This document shows, in pieces, positions 40,166 through 49,840 of a stretch of 64,000 bases of DNA. The notes below the pieces were generated by a model. It worked only from the letters and a program-made list of their open reading frames with translations. It ran no database searches and had not been told where the DNA came from. Numbering within the stretch: the stretch's first letter is position 1; every line of letters starts with the position of its first letter. The stretch covers positions 512,001 to 576,000 of the forward strand of contig CBDDCX010000006.1 of assembly GCA_965226375.1 (NCBI GenBank). The letters are read 5' to 3'. Made by a program: the position numbers and the translations under genes. The stretch is from Longimicrobiales bacterium. Its GTDB lineage: Bacteria; Gemmatimonadota; Gemmatimonadetes; Longimicrobiales; Gaopeijiaceae.

Positions 40166-41917
40166 ATGGCCCGGAGTCTCAGCCGAGCACTGATCCTCAT
40201 CGTCGCATTGATCGCGGCGAGGCCGGCTGAGCTAGTGGGGCAGGCGTGTACGGAGGGTCTGATCTCCTTCGTTTTCATCAACGGGCATCCGGTATTCGAC
40301 ACGGCGAAGCTCGACGATGGACGAGCCTTCGGGTGGTTCTTCGACTTCGCCAACTGGCTCCACATGGAGACCGACGAGGACTTCATCCGTGCGGAGCTCC
40401 TTCTTGAAGTAGGCGACTGCTACAGTGCGTTTCTGGCCGCGGAGTCGGAGAGGATCATCCGGCAGCTGGGCTTTATCGCTCGGGTGGACGTATTCGCCGT
40501 CCCCCAGGCCGATGGATCGGTCCACCTGGTGGTAGACACACAGGACGTGTGGACCCTCCAGCTAGACCTTCGGGCCGGTTTCGACGAGGGATTCGAGTTG
40601 AACGTAATCGACGTCACCGAAAAGAATCTACTCGGTAGGGGCGTCTCGGCCGGGGCCTTCTATCGGGAGCGCCGGGAGGCTCGTGAGATCGGGGGTGAAA
40701 TCTCGACCGCACGTCTTCTGGGTACCCGGTGGGACGCCCAGCTCCGGGGTGGGGAAACCCGGGTGGGTCCCTTTTTCCAGCAGGCCTTCCGCTACCCTTT
40801 TGTCGGAGAGGTTGGCCGGTACGCTGCCGCCCAAGCTTACGCTCGTCGGGAAGACCTCTTCGCGTACAGCCTTCCGGAGGGTGAGGAATACACACACGTC
40901 GCAACGCCCTTCTTCAGGGAGCTTGGGGGGCTCACGGTACTCGGACGATTGGGACGCGCCGGACGGCTCACGACCCTGGGCCTGGGAATCTCCCGAGACG
41001 TGCTCGACTTCGCGCGATTCGAGGATGGCTCCGAAGCGGTCCGTGATCGCGATTTCACCAACACCGAACCAGCACCTCCGGAGCTGCTCGCTCCCATCGC
41101 ACCACAGACACAGGGAACCGCTGCGACCCGCATCAACGTCACACTCGGGCAGAGGAACCTGCGGTTCGAGCGGCGTGCCGGTCTCGATGCCCTGCGCGGT
41201 GTCCAGGACGTGCCGGTGGGTGGTGAGGTTTCCCTGTTGTTGAGCCGCAGCATCGGATTCCTCGAGCCCGAATCGCAAACGGACGACGACGACTTCTTCG
41301 GCCGTATCCGTGTGTACGGAGGACTGGCACCGAGCCGTTGGGTCGTTGCAGGAAGCGTGGGCTTCGAAGCTCGCCAGGTCCTCGATGGCCCCCAAGAGGG
41401 CTGGCGAGATATCATCGGTGAGTTCGACCTCTACACGTATTGGCAGCCCACTCCTCTGGCCCGCCACACCTTCTTTGCGCGGGTCTCGGGTGCAGCCGGA
41501 TGGTCCATGACCGTTCCGTTCCAGCTGACGTTGGGCGGGGCATCGAACCTCCGGGGCCACGGTCAGGATCACGCCCCGGGCGGTCGACGCGTGATGGGAT
41601 CGCTCGAAGACCGAGTCTATCTATGGTCACCGGGCGGAGGCATCCTCGACCTCGGCCTCACGGCGTTCGTGGATGTCGGCTCGGTTTGGAGTGGTGATGC
41701 CCCGTTTGGTATCGACTCCGGACTCGGTGCCAGCGTCGGCGGAGGCCTGCGCATCGGCTTCCCGGGGGGTACACGAGGGGTGATCCGAATCGATCTGGCC
41801 TTCCCCATCAACGGCCCCGATGCCTTCACGGAGCCCGTGTTCCGGGTCACAGCAGGCGAATTGCTTGGACTCGGACGCGGATTCGAGGACTTTCAGCTCT
41901 TCCGGAGCCGCCGTTAG
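40166..41917 (+). CDS. Omp85/BamA-TamA-like outer membrane protein
   Basis: Signal peptide, POTRA-like start, EKNLLGRG, LGGASNLRGH, AFVDVG, RIDLAFPI. Confidence 0.7.
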   Translation: MARSLSRALILIVALIAARPAELVGQACTEGLISFVFINGHPVFDTAKLDDGRAFGWFFDFANWLHMETDEDFIRAELLLEVGDCYSAFLAAESERIIRQLGFIARVDVFAVPQADGSVHLVVDTQDVWTLQLDLRAGFDEGFELNVIDVTEKNLLGRGVSAGAFYRERREAREIGGEISTARLLGTRWDAQLRGGETRVGPFFQQAFRYPFVGEVGRYAAAQAYARREDLFAYSLPEGEEYTHVATPFFRELGGLTVLGRLGRAGRLTTLGLGISRDVLDFARFEDGSEAVRDRDFTNTEPAPPELLAPIAPQTQGTAATRINVTLGQRNLRFERRAGLDALRGVQDVPVGGEVSLLLSRSIGFLEPESQTDDDDFFGRIRVYGGLAPSRWVVAGSVGFEARQVLDGPQEGWRDIIGEFDLYTYWQPTPLARHTFFARVSGAAGWSMTVPFQLTLGGASNLRGHGQDHAPGGRRVMGSLEDRVYLWSPGGGILDLGLTAFVDVGSVWSGDAPFGIDSGLGASVGGGLRIGFPGGTRGVIRIDLAFPINGPDAFTEPVFRVTAGELLGLGRGFEDFQLFRSRR

Positions 41918-42025
41918 GCGCGGCGGATCGGCCCGATCTGCCCTCTCACCTTCGACCGATTTTCCCTGCCATATTGACACGGAACGGCGCTCCTCCGCCC
42001 CAGTGCCGGCCCCTAAAGAAAACCT

Positions 42026-42059
42026 TTGACTCCGGAAACACACTTTTATAAGTTTGACA
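42026..42059 (+). promoter_or_regulatory. Candidate sigma-70 promoter(s) for the second RpoD-type sigma gene
   Basis: TTGACT-N17-TAAGTT, plus TTGACA at 41974 and 42054. Confidence 0.45.
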
Positions 42060-42184
42060 CCCTTCGCTTGATGTGGTTAAGCCGTTCTCTCCGCCTCGTT
42101 TAGCCTGTCATATCGCGCTGAAGGTGGACCGTTCTTACACAGTTGACGACCCCTCTCACCTCCAAAACGAGGCGCCCGGAACGA

Positions 42185-43045
42185 ATGTTTTCGACTTCCC
42201 GAGGCCTGGACTCCTTCGACCAGTATCTGCAAGACGTCGAGAAATACCCACTCATCCAGGACCCCGCGGAAGAACGGGCCTTGGCACGGCGTGCTCGCAC
42301 TGGTGACAAAGAGGCCGCTGAGCGCCTCGTCACCGCCAACCTGCGTTTTGTCATCTCCTACGTGAAGAAATACCAGGGCCGCGGCCTTGGTCTCGCCGAG
42401 CTCGTATGCATCGGTAACGAGGGGCTGCTCAAGGCGGTGAAGAAGTTCGATCCGGACAAGGGCGTGAAGTTCATCTCCTACGCCGTCTGGTGGATTCGTC
42501 AGACCGTTCTGCAGGCCCTGGCGGAGCAGACGCGCTCGGTGCGCATTCCACTCAACCAGAACTCCAACCTGGCCAAGCTGGCTCGGATCGACACGGCTCT
42601 GACGCAGCAGCTCGGCCGATCGCCGACGATCCAGGAGATCTCTCGCGAGATGGAGGAGCCCATCGAGACGATCCGCGCTCTGAGACGAGTGGCGGCGAGC
42701 GAGCTCAGCCTCGACGCCCCCATCGATCGGAGTGACGGAAACAGCGCCAGCTTCGGTGAGCGGTTCGCCGGAGCCGAGGCCACCGACATCGAGGAGGACG
42801 TCGAGACGATCGCCCGCCGTGACTTTCTCGAGACGATGTTCGACAGCTACCTCACCGAGCGCGAGCGGAAGATCCTCTATCTCTACTACGGGCTCGACGA
42901 TGGTGAGGAGCGTACTCTGGAAGAGATCGGATCGTTGCTGGGTGTGACGCGAGAGCGGATCCGACAGATCCGAAACCGCGCGTTCGAGAAGCTCCGTGAG
43001 AGCCCGCACGGTGATTCCCTTTCCGGATTCTGGAGCGCGAACTGA
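42185..43045 (+). CDS. Second short RpoD/SigA-type sigma-70 factor
   Basis: FDQYLQDV, ANLRFVISYVKKY, FISYAVWWIRQ, TLEEIGSLLGVTRERIRQIR. Confidence 0.92.
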   Translation: MFSTSRGLDSFDQYLQDVEKYPLIQDPAEERALARRARTGDKEAAERLVTANLRFVISYVKKYQGRGLGLAELVCIGNEGLLKAVKKFDPDKGVKFISYAVWWIRQTVLQALAEQTRSVRIPLNQNSNLAKLARIDTALTQQLGRSPTIQEISREMEEPIETIRALRRVAASELSLDAPIDRSDGNSASFGERFAGAEATDIEEDVETIARRDFLETMFDSYLTERERKILYLYYGLDDGEERTLEEIGSLLGVTRERIRQIRNRAFEKLRESPHGDSLSGFWSAN

Positions 43046-43069
43046 CGGGCAAACACACCGTTGTAGATC

Positions 43070-43104
43070 GGGCCCCGTCCATGAGTGGACGGGGCCCTTT
43101 TTTT
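43070..43104 (+). terminator. Intrinsic terminator
   Basis: GGGCCCCGTCCA-TGAG-TGGACGGGGCCC followed by T7. Confidence 0.9.
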
Positions 43105-43188
43105 CGCCCCACCGTGACGAGTCTCTGGCCACGAACCGCTGGGGCAGGACACCAGGGAACCGAGATCGGAGGGGAGCGTACGATCCTC

Positions 43189-45261
43189 ATGACCGATAGG
43201 ACAGGCCGATCTCTCCAGACCCGGATGTGGGGGCTCACCGCCACCACATTACTGCTGTTGGCCTGCCTTGTGCCGGGTCTCGAGGCGCAATCCGACGACG
43301 GCTGGAACGGATCGAGGGCGTTGGAGCTGGTGGCCCAAGCCAGGGATCTGCGGCGGGCCACTGCCGTCGACTCGTCTTTCCAAGCCTACGAGGCAGATGC
43401 CCGAGGCTACGTGTACTTCTTCCTCGATCGTCCGGACAGCGACGAGCGCACTCTGGTAAAGACGGACCAGATCGCTCTCAAGATTTTCTGGCGTGCACCC
43501 GCGGAGACCAAACAGCGGGTAATCGGGCTCCGAGACGAGAAGCAGCTCCCCACGAGCATCAAGTACCACCTCGATCACCTCACGGTGGTTCAGGACGACT
43601 TCGGAGATCTGATCCGCATGGGGGATGGTGACGAGGTGGCGGCGGTCCCTCACCCCGTCGCCCCGGGGGCCGAACGAGTCTACGACTTCCGCCTCGGGGA
43701 CTCCCTAACCATCTCGCTGTCGGGTCCCACCCCGGACATCCGGGTGTACGAGCTCGAGGTAAGGCCCAAGGATCCCGAGGCACCCGGTGTGATCGGAAGC
43801 GTCTTCCTGCAGCGAGGGTCGGGGGCCATTGTGCGGATGACGTTCACGTTTACGCCGGCCTCATATGTCGACGGCAACCTGGACTACATCCGCATCTCGA
43901 TGGACAACTCCGTCTGGGACGGCAAGTACTGGCTTCCGTATCGCCAAGAGGTGGAGTTGAGGAGGGAGCTCCCCGTGATCGACTTCCTGGCCGGAAGCGT
44001 AATTCGGGGCCGTTTCGAGATACGGAACTATCAGTTCAACCCTCCCCTCGAGGACTTCATCTTCGTCGGCGGTCCCGTATCATCGGTCCCTCAATCGGTC
44101 CGGGAGAACTTCCCATTCGAAACCGGGCTGTACGATCAGCTGGAAGAAGAGGGCCGCGAGACGTCTCCCGAGATCGAGAACATCCGAAAGCAGGCCATGG
44201 CGGTGGTGGGCCGCCGGTACGTGAGCGGCCTCAGGCCTTCCCGCCTCTATGTACCGTTCGTCTCCTCGATCTACAGGTACAACCGGGCGGAGGGTTCCTT
44301 CACAGGAGGCGGGGCAGCCTTCCTGCTCGGTCCCACGTGGAGATTGCAGTCCAACGGCGGATACGCCTTCGGGCGTGACGACGGTCAGGTGTCGGTGACC
44401 CTTGCCCAGGTGCCCTCGAGCCGAGGGCTGGGCTTCCGCTTCGGATGGAACGAGTTGCACGACGTCAGCCCGACACTGCCCGGCGCAAGCACAGTGCTGA
44501 ATACGTTAGGGGGGCTGCTGGCCGACGAGGACTATACGGATCCCTATTTTTCGGCGAGTGCGGAGCTGCGATACGACTGGTCGGTTGGCGGCATCGGTAC
44601 GCTGCGACTGGCAGGTCTGTGGGAGCGCCACCACTCGGGAGACAACGTCGTGGCGGACGATGCCACCGGAACAGGAAAATATCGGCCTGTGCTTCCGGTG
44701 GACGATGGGGAGGGTTGGGCCCTCGAGGCTTCGTATACGAGACGCATCGACGCTCGCGGCATCAAGACCGCGGCCACGGTACGGGCCGGGGATTTCGACG
44801 GCCAGAAGTACGCATCGCTCTGGTGGGAGTCCAGCCTGCTACGCCGGTTGGGATCGTCGCGCACGACGGTGGAGGGCAGCGTACAGTTGGGACTTTCGTC
44901 CGAGGCGGCTCCCGCCCAGTCGCTCTATCTCCTGGGCGGGAGACACACCCTACCCGGTTATCCGTACAGATCCTTTGTCGGCGACCAGGTGCTGCTCATG
45001 AGAATCGAAGGCGCACAGCCCCTGTTCGCACCGTGGTTATCCGTGCGGGCATTCGGAGTCACGGGCAAGACAGGGTTCGGCAGCCGGGAGCTGCCGGACG
45101 GATGGCCCAGCCAGAGCACCCGCGGATTCAAGAGCTCCGCCGGGATGGGCCTCGGGCTCGGGTGGGACCTCATCCGCCTCGATGTGGGTCGCGGCCTGGA
45201 CGAAGGTGGCGACTGGGAGTTCGTCCTGTCGGTACAACGTCGCTTCTGGGAGTGGCTGTAG
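43189..45261 (+). CDS. Large exported / outer-membrane beta-barrel protein
   Basis: Signal peptide, YRYNRAEG, LGGRHTLPGY, aromatic C-terminus. Confidence 0.65.
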   Translation: MTDRTGRSLQTRMWGLTATTLLLLACLVPGLEAQSDDGWNGSRALELVAQARDLRRATAVDSSFQAYEADARGYVYFFLDRPDSDERTLVKTDQIALKIFWRAPAETKQRVIGLRDEKQLPTSIKYHLDHLTVVQDDFGDLIRMGDGDEVAAVPHPVAPGAERVYDFRLGDSLTISLSGPTPDIRVYELEVRPKDPEAPGVIGSVFLQRGSGAIVRMTFTFTPASYVDGNLDYIRISMDNSVWDGKYWLPYRQEVELRRELPVIDFLAGSVIRGRFEIRNYQFNPPLEDFIFVGGPVSSVPQSVRENFPFETGLYDQLEEEGRETSPEIENIRKQAMAVVGRRYVSGLRPSRLYVPFVSSIYRYNRAEGSFTGGGAAFLLGPTWRLQSNGGYAFGRDDGQVSVTLAQVPSSRGLGFRFGWNELHDVSPTLPGASTVLNTLGGLLADEDYTDPYFSASAELRYDWSVGGIGTLRLAGLWERHHSGDNVVADDATGTGKYRPVLPVDDGEGWALEASYTRRIDARGIKTAATVRAGDFDGQKYASLWWESSLLRRLGSSRTTVEGSVQLGLSSEAAPAQSLYLLGGRHTLPGYPYRSFVGDQVLLMRIEGAQPLFAPWLSVRAFGVTGKTGFGSRELPDGWPSQSTRGFKSSAGMGLGLGWDLIRLDVGRGLDEGGDWEFVLSVQRRFWEWL

Positions 45262-45319
45262 GTCTGGGGCTCTGGGGCGAGGCCGTTCGGACCCACCCCA
45301 GACGCCCCGCGCCGACTCC

Positions 45320-45670
45320 CTAGGCTGCAGCCTCGACCGCGATGTCCTTCGACGACAGCAGTACCACCTCCCGAACGGTTACATCGGCCGTGGGGATGCT
45401 CACTCCGTCCCGCTCGTACGTGTCGTATTCCAGGCGACCCTCTACGTAGATCCGATCGCCCTTCCTTATGTGGTCCTCCGCGAATTGAGCGAGGCGAGCC
45501 CAGAAGGTGAGACGGTGCCAGTCCGTCCTTTCCTCGGTGTCGTCCCCGAACGGAGGTCGGTTGGTCGCCAGGGACAGGTTGACGACCTTGGTCCCTTTCT
45601 TGGTCTCACGGACGTCCGGGTCACGGCCCACGTTGCCCACGAGCGTGATCTTGTTGACGCTGCGGCTCAT
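45320..45670 (-). CDS. ssb: Single-stranded DNA-binding protein lacking the acidic C-terminal tail
   Basis: SVNKITLVGNVGRDPDVR, TDWHR, IYVEGRL; ends IAVEAAA. Confidence 0.9.
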   Translation of the reverse strand: MSRSVNKITLVGNVGRDPDVRETKKGTKVVNLSLATNRPPFGDDTEERTDWHRLTFWARLAQFAEDHIRKGDRIYVEGRLEYDTYERDGVSIPTADVTVREVVLLSSKDIAVEAAA

Positions 45671-45832
45671 TCTGCTCCTCCCGCGTGTGGTTTTCCGGCC
45701 ACAGACGAAGGGACAGTGAGATTCCGCCCCCTTCGGTCGGCCTGGAGTGGAAGAGAAAAATGACCCGGCCGGCCGGGCCTTGGGATGGCTCGACGGGACG
45801 TAGTGATCCGAAGTGAGGTGACCGCCGGCGGC

Positions 45833-48709
45833 CTACCCCTTTGTGTCGTACCAGGACGTGCCCGTGCCCCCCTCGGCGACCAACGGGACACTCAGCTCCA
45901 TGGCCCCTTCCATCCTGGAGACCACGAGCTCGGCCAGGGCATCCTCCTCGCCCACAGGCACCTCGAGCAACAGCTCGTCATGTACCTGGAGTAACATGCG
46001 GGCGCCCGTGTCCGCCTCGGCCAACGCCTGGGCCACATCGATCATCGCCTTCTTGATCATGTCCGCCGCCGTGCCCTGGATGGGGGTATTCTGCGCGACC
46101 CGCTCGCCGAATTGTCGCACGTTCCAGTTCTTGGCTCTCAGCTCGGGGACGTAGCGGCGGCGTCCCATGAGGGTCTCCACGAAGCCCTTCTCGTGAGCGG
46201 AAGCGACCTGTTCGTCCAGATAGGCCCGCACACCACTGAATCGCTCGAAGTACTGCTCGATGAACGCCTTTGCCTCATCGCGGCCGATACCGAGCTGTCG
46301 GGCGAGCGAGAAGGCGCCCTGCCCATACAACGTGGCAAAGTTGATCGTCTTCGCCTGGCCCCGTTGATCCGATGTCACGTCATCCAGGGGTACCTCGAAG
46401 ATGACCGACGCGGTCTGCTTGTGGACGTCGATTCCGTCTCGGAAAGCCTGGACCAACGGCTCGTCCCCGGAAAAGTGGGCGAGGATCCTGAGCTCCACCT
46501 GGGAGTAGTCGGCCCCGTAGAACAGATAGCCCTCAGCCGGAATGAAGCCCTTCCTGATCTCTCGCCCCAACTCGGTGCGGATCGGAATATTCTGCAGGTT
46601 CGGATCGCTCGAAGAGAGTCGCCCGGTCGCGGCCACAGTTTGATTGAAGCGGGTGTGGATCCGTCCCGTCCGCGGAATCACCAGTTGGGGCAGGGCGTCC
46701 ACGTAGGTCGAGCGGAGCTTCTCCAGCTCACGATACTCCATCATCAAACGGGGGATCTCGTGACCCTGCGTCGCGAGCTCTTCGAGGACCGACGAATCGG
46801 TAGAAGGTCCCGTCTTGGTCCGCTTGATGACCGGGAGACCCTGCTTCTCGAAGAGGATCTCGCGTAGCTGGGGCGTCGAGTTCAGGTTGAACTCTTCTCC
46901 CGCCACCTTGTGGATCTCCTCCCGGATGAGCGTCAGGTCTCGGTCGAGCCGTTCGCTCATGTCCTGGAAGAATTCGGCATCGATGCGGATGCCCTCGCGC
47001 TCCATGCGGGTCAGCACTGGAATGAGCGGCATCTCCAGGTCATGGAAGAGCCCGGCCAGGCCCTGATCCTCCAGATCGCCCGCGAGCCGCTCGGCCAAGC
47101 GTAGCGCGACGTCGATCTGGCGACCGGCATAGTCGCGGGCGACCTCCTGATCGATCTCAGCGAAGCTGACCCGCTTCTTGCCGGTCCCCACTATGTCGTT
47201 GTAGGGCGTCAGAGAAAAGCCCAAGAAATCTTGGCAGAGGGCCCCCAGGTCATGAGCCCGGCGGCCCGGATCGAGCACGTAGGACGCACAAGTCACATCG
47301 AAGCCGATCCCCGACAACGCCACACCAAACCGATCGAGGGCCACTGCCGACAACTTCAGGTCGGCGCCCACTTTCGCGATTTCAGGATTCTCGAGAAGCT
47401 CGACCAGCGGGCGGAACTCGGGGGTGTCGATGCCGGGGAGATTGGTGATACCCACGGACTCGAAAGCCAGTGTCGGTTCACCCTGGGGAACGTGATCGAA
47501 TGAAAGGTAGAAGGCCTCCCCAGGCTCGAGGGCCAGCGCGACACCGACCAGACCGGCACGGTGCGGATCGGGAAACGCGGTGTGGACCGCCAGACCCACA
47601 CGGCCCGCCTCCCGGACTCGATCCATCAGAGCGACGACCTCATCCGGCTCGGTGACCAGAGTGTAGCTCACCGACTCGGGCCCGGCCGGAGATCCGGGAG
47701 CGACGCCGGTCTCCCCGGCCTGAGCAGGCCCGTCAGCGCCCGGGACCGACACGACCTCGGTAGCGTGGCCTTGCGGGGGGGCCGGCACGGGACTGAGCGT
47801 CTCGGCCGACGCACCGCGTGGCGCAAATCGCTCCATGAGACGGCGGAACTCCATCTCCACGAAGAATCGGTGCAGCCTCTCCTTGTCCGGATCGCGAACC
47901 TTCAGCGCCGAGAGGTCCAGGTCTACATCCAGGTCCGTCATGATCGTCACGAGCTCTTTGGAGAGGCGCACCTCATCCGCGTTCTCCGTGAGCGACTCCC
48001 GGGCTCGTTTCCCGGAGATTTCCCCGGCACGCTCCAAGATCGCGTCGACACTACCGAACTCCTCGAGGAGCTTGAGCGCTGTCTTGGGCCCCACCCCCTT
48101 CGCACCGGGAATGTTGTCCGAGGAATCCCCGATCAACGCCAGATAGTCGATGACCTTCGAGGCCGGGATGCCGAACTTCTCGTGAGCGTTGGTCTCATCC
48201 ACCCACTCGGCCGCCACACCATGGGGGCCTCCCCTTCCGGGGTTCAACAGATGGATGCCGGGCCCGACGAGTTGATACAGATCCTTGTCTCCGGACACGA
48301 TCACCGCCTCTAGGCCGGCCGCACGCGCCTTCACGGCCAACGTGCCGATCACGTCGTCTGCCTCGTATCCATCGAGCTCCACCAAAGCATCGTTGAAGCC
48401 CGCCACGAGCTCACGGACCCTCGGGAGGCTCGCCCTGAGTTCGTCAGGCATCTTCTCCCGGGTGGCCTTGTATTCTGGGTAGACCTTCTCCCGGTGGCTG
48501 TTACCGGCATCGAAGACAACCGCGAGGTAGTCCGGCTGGTACTTGTCACGAATCTCGATGAGGAAATTCGCGAACCCGAAGGGAGCCGACGTGTTCTCCC
48601 CCTTCGAATTGGTCAGCGGCCGGTTGATGAAGGCGAAGAAGGCCCTGTAGATCAGCGCGTAGGCATCGATCAGGAAGAGGCGCGGAGCCTCTTTCGGAGG
48701 AACATCCAC
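45833..48709 (-). CDS. polA: DNA polymerase I
   Basis: 5' nuclease LIDAYALIYRAF, EADDVIG; polymerase TGRLSSSDPNLQNIP, ADYSQVELR, QVHDEL. Confidence 0.97.
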   Translation of the reverse strand: MDVPPKEAPRLFLIDAYALIYRAFFAFINRPLTNSKGENTSAPFGFANFLIEIRDKYQPDYLAVVFDAGNSHREKVYPEYKATREKMPDELRASLPRVRELVAGFNDALVELDGYEADDVIGTLAVKARAAGLEAVIVSGDKDLYQLVGPGIHLLNPGRGGPHGVAAEWVDETNAHEKFGIPASKVIDYLALIGDSSDNIPGAKGVGPKTALKLLEEFGSVDAILERAGEISGKRARESLTENADEVRLSKELVTIMTDLDVDLDLSALKVRDPDKERLHRFFVEMEFRRLMERFAPRGASAETLSPVPAPPQGHATEVVSVPGADGPAQAGETGVAPGSPAGPESVSYTLVTEPDEVVALMDRVREAGRVGLAVHTAFPDPHRAGLVGVALALEPGEAFYLSFDHVPQGEPTLAFESVGITNLPGIDTPEFRPLVELLENPEIAKVGADLKLSAVALDRFGVALSGIGFDVTCASYVLDPGRRAHDLGALCQDFLGFSLTPYNDIVGTGKKRVSFAEIDQEVARDYAGRQIDVALRLAERLAGDLEDQGLAGLFHDLEMPLIPVLTRMEREGIRIDAEFFQDMSERLDRDLTLIREEIHKVAGEEFNLNSTPQLREILFEKQGLPVIKRTKTGPSTDSSVLEELATQGHEIPRLMMEYRELEKLRSTYVDALPQLVIPRTGRIHTRFNQTVAATGRLSSSDPNLQNIPIRTELGREIRKGFIPAEGYLFYGADYSQVELRILAHFSGDEPLVQAFRDGIDVHKQTASVIFEVPLDDVTSDQRGQAKTINFATLYGQGAFSLARQLGIGRDEAKAFIEQYFERFSGVRAYLDEQVASAHEKGFVETLMGRRRYVPELRAKNWNVRQFGERVAQNTPIQGTAADMIKKAMIDVAQALAEADTGARMLLQVHDELLLEVPVGEEDALAELVVSRMEGAMELSVPLVAEGGTGTSWYDTKG

Positions 48710-48711
48710 GG

Positions 48712-49707
48712 CTAGTTCGGCTCGGCGGTGATGTACGTCCAACTGGCCCCGAACTCGTCCCGACCTTGAAACATTCGATCCAGGGCCTTCGACATGAGGC
48801 TCAACCTGGCTCGGACCGTGGCCTCACTCGGTGCCGATCCCGTCACCTTCTCCGCTCCGCCGACCCAACCCAGAACACCTTCATGGTAGACACTCAGGAA
48901 CTCGTACCACTCGTCCACCCGGGCAGGAATGCGTCGGCGACGTACCGACGTCACATCGAAGCTCTCGTCCCGGAGGATAGCCAGGTAGTGCTCCAGCGGC
49001 CGCACCGGTAGAAAGTACCTGCGCCGGAGCTCATCATGGGCGGACATGTGGCTTTCGTCGCTCAGGACATCCCGGTACTCCTCGAAGGTGTCGTCCTCCT
49101 TGACGATTGCCATGGATTCGCGATGGATCACATCGACCGTTTCGTCGATGATCCACTCGTCGTCAGGCATCTCCGGATTACGAATGTTGCCGGACTGGAT
49201 GAACAGTCTCCCCGAGTGACGCAGCACCCTTCGCCAGGACCGCACGGTCTCGGGAAGATCGAAGTAGAGATGGATGGCGTTCGTGGTGACCAGACCATCG
49301 ATCCCCCGCACGAGAAGCGCCTCCCCCAAGACCTCGTCCACGTGCTCGAGGCGTCGCTCATCCTTCACGAAGCGAATACAGCGGAAGGCAAGCCGAGAAT
49401 CGTCTCGGAATTTCTCGAGAGACAGGCGGAGGAACTTGGGGGATGAATCCACAATGACGATGCCCACCGACTTCGGTCCGAGCCGGTCCACAAGGCGCTT
49501 CGCGAAGATGCCCGTTCCGCCGGAGTAGTCGACCAGAACGTCACCCCGGCGAGCATATTCCCCCACCTGTTCCACCGTGTGATCGAGGTTGCCGTACCAA
49601 CCGTGGTTCTCCACGGTGTCGTAGTTGAGTGCCAACGCCTCCAACGGCTGGTCAACCCACGGGGCCGTCGGAATTCGGTCGAAGGAAGGGGGCCACTGAA
49701 ACGCCAT
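48712..49707 (-). CDS. Class I SAM-dependent methyltransferase
   Basis: LVDYSGGTG motif I, IVDSS, TTNAIHLY, VLRHSGRL. Confidence 0.75.
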   Translation of the reverse strand: MAFQWPPSFDRIPTAPWVDQPLEALALNYDTVENHGWYGNLDHTVEQVGEYARRGDVLVDYSGGTGIFAKRLVDRLGPKSVGIVIVDSSPKFLRLSLEKFRDDSRLAFRCIRFVKDERRLEHVDEVLGEALLVRGIDGLVTTNAIHLYFDLPETVRSWRRVLRHSGRLFIQSGNIRNPEMPDDEWIIDETVDVIHRESMAIVKEDDTFEEYRDVLSDESHMSAHDELRRRYFLPVRPLEHYLAILRDESFDVTSVRRRRIPARVDEWYEFLSVYHEGVLGWVGGAEKVTGSAPSEATVRARLSLMSKALDRMFQGRDEFGASWTYITAEPN

Positions 49708-49840
49708 AGGGGGTGCAATCTAGACAGGCGGACGACGCCTTGCCAGCGGCCTGGAAGGCTATGCGTGATTCCAACCCTCGCGCGCCCGGCCCCGTCCAAC
49801 ACGGAGCATGAGGAAGCTCCATCTCGACGCGGGGAAGACG

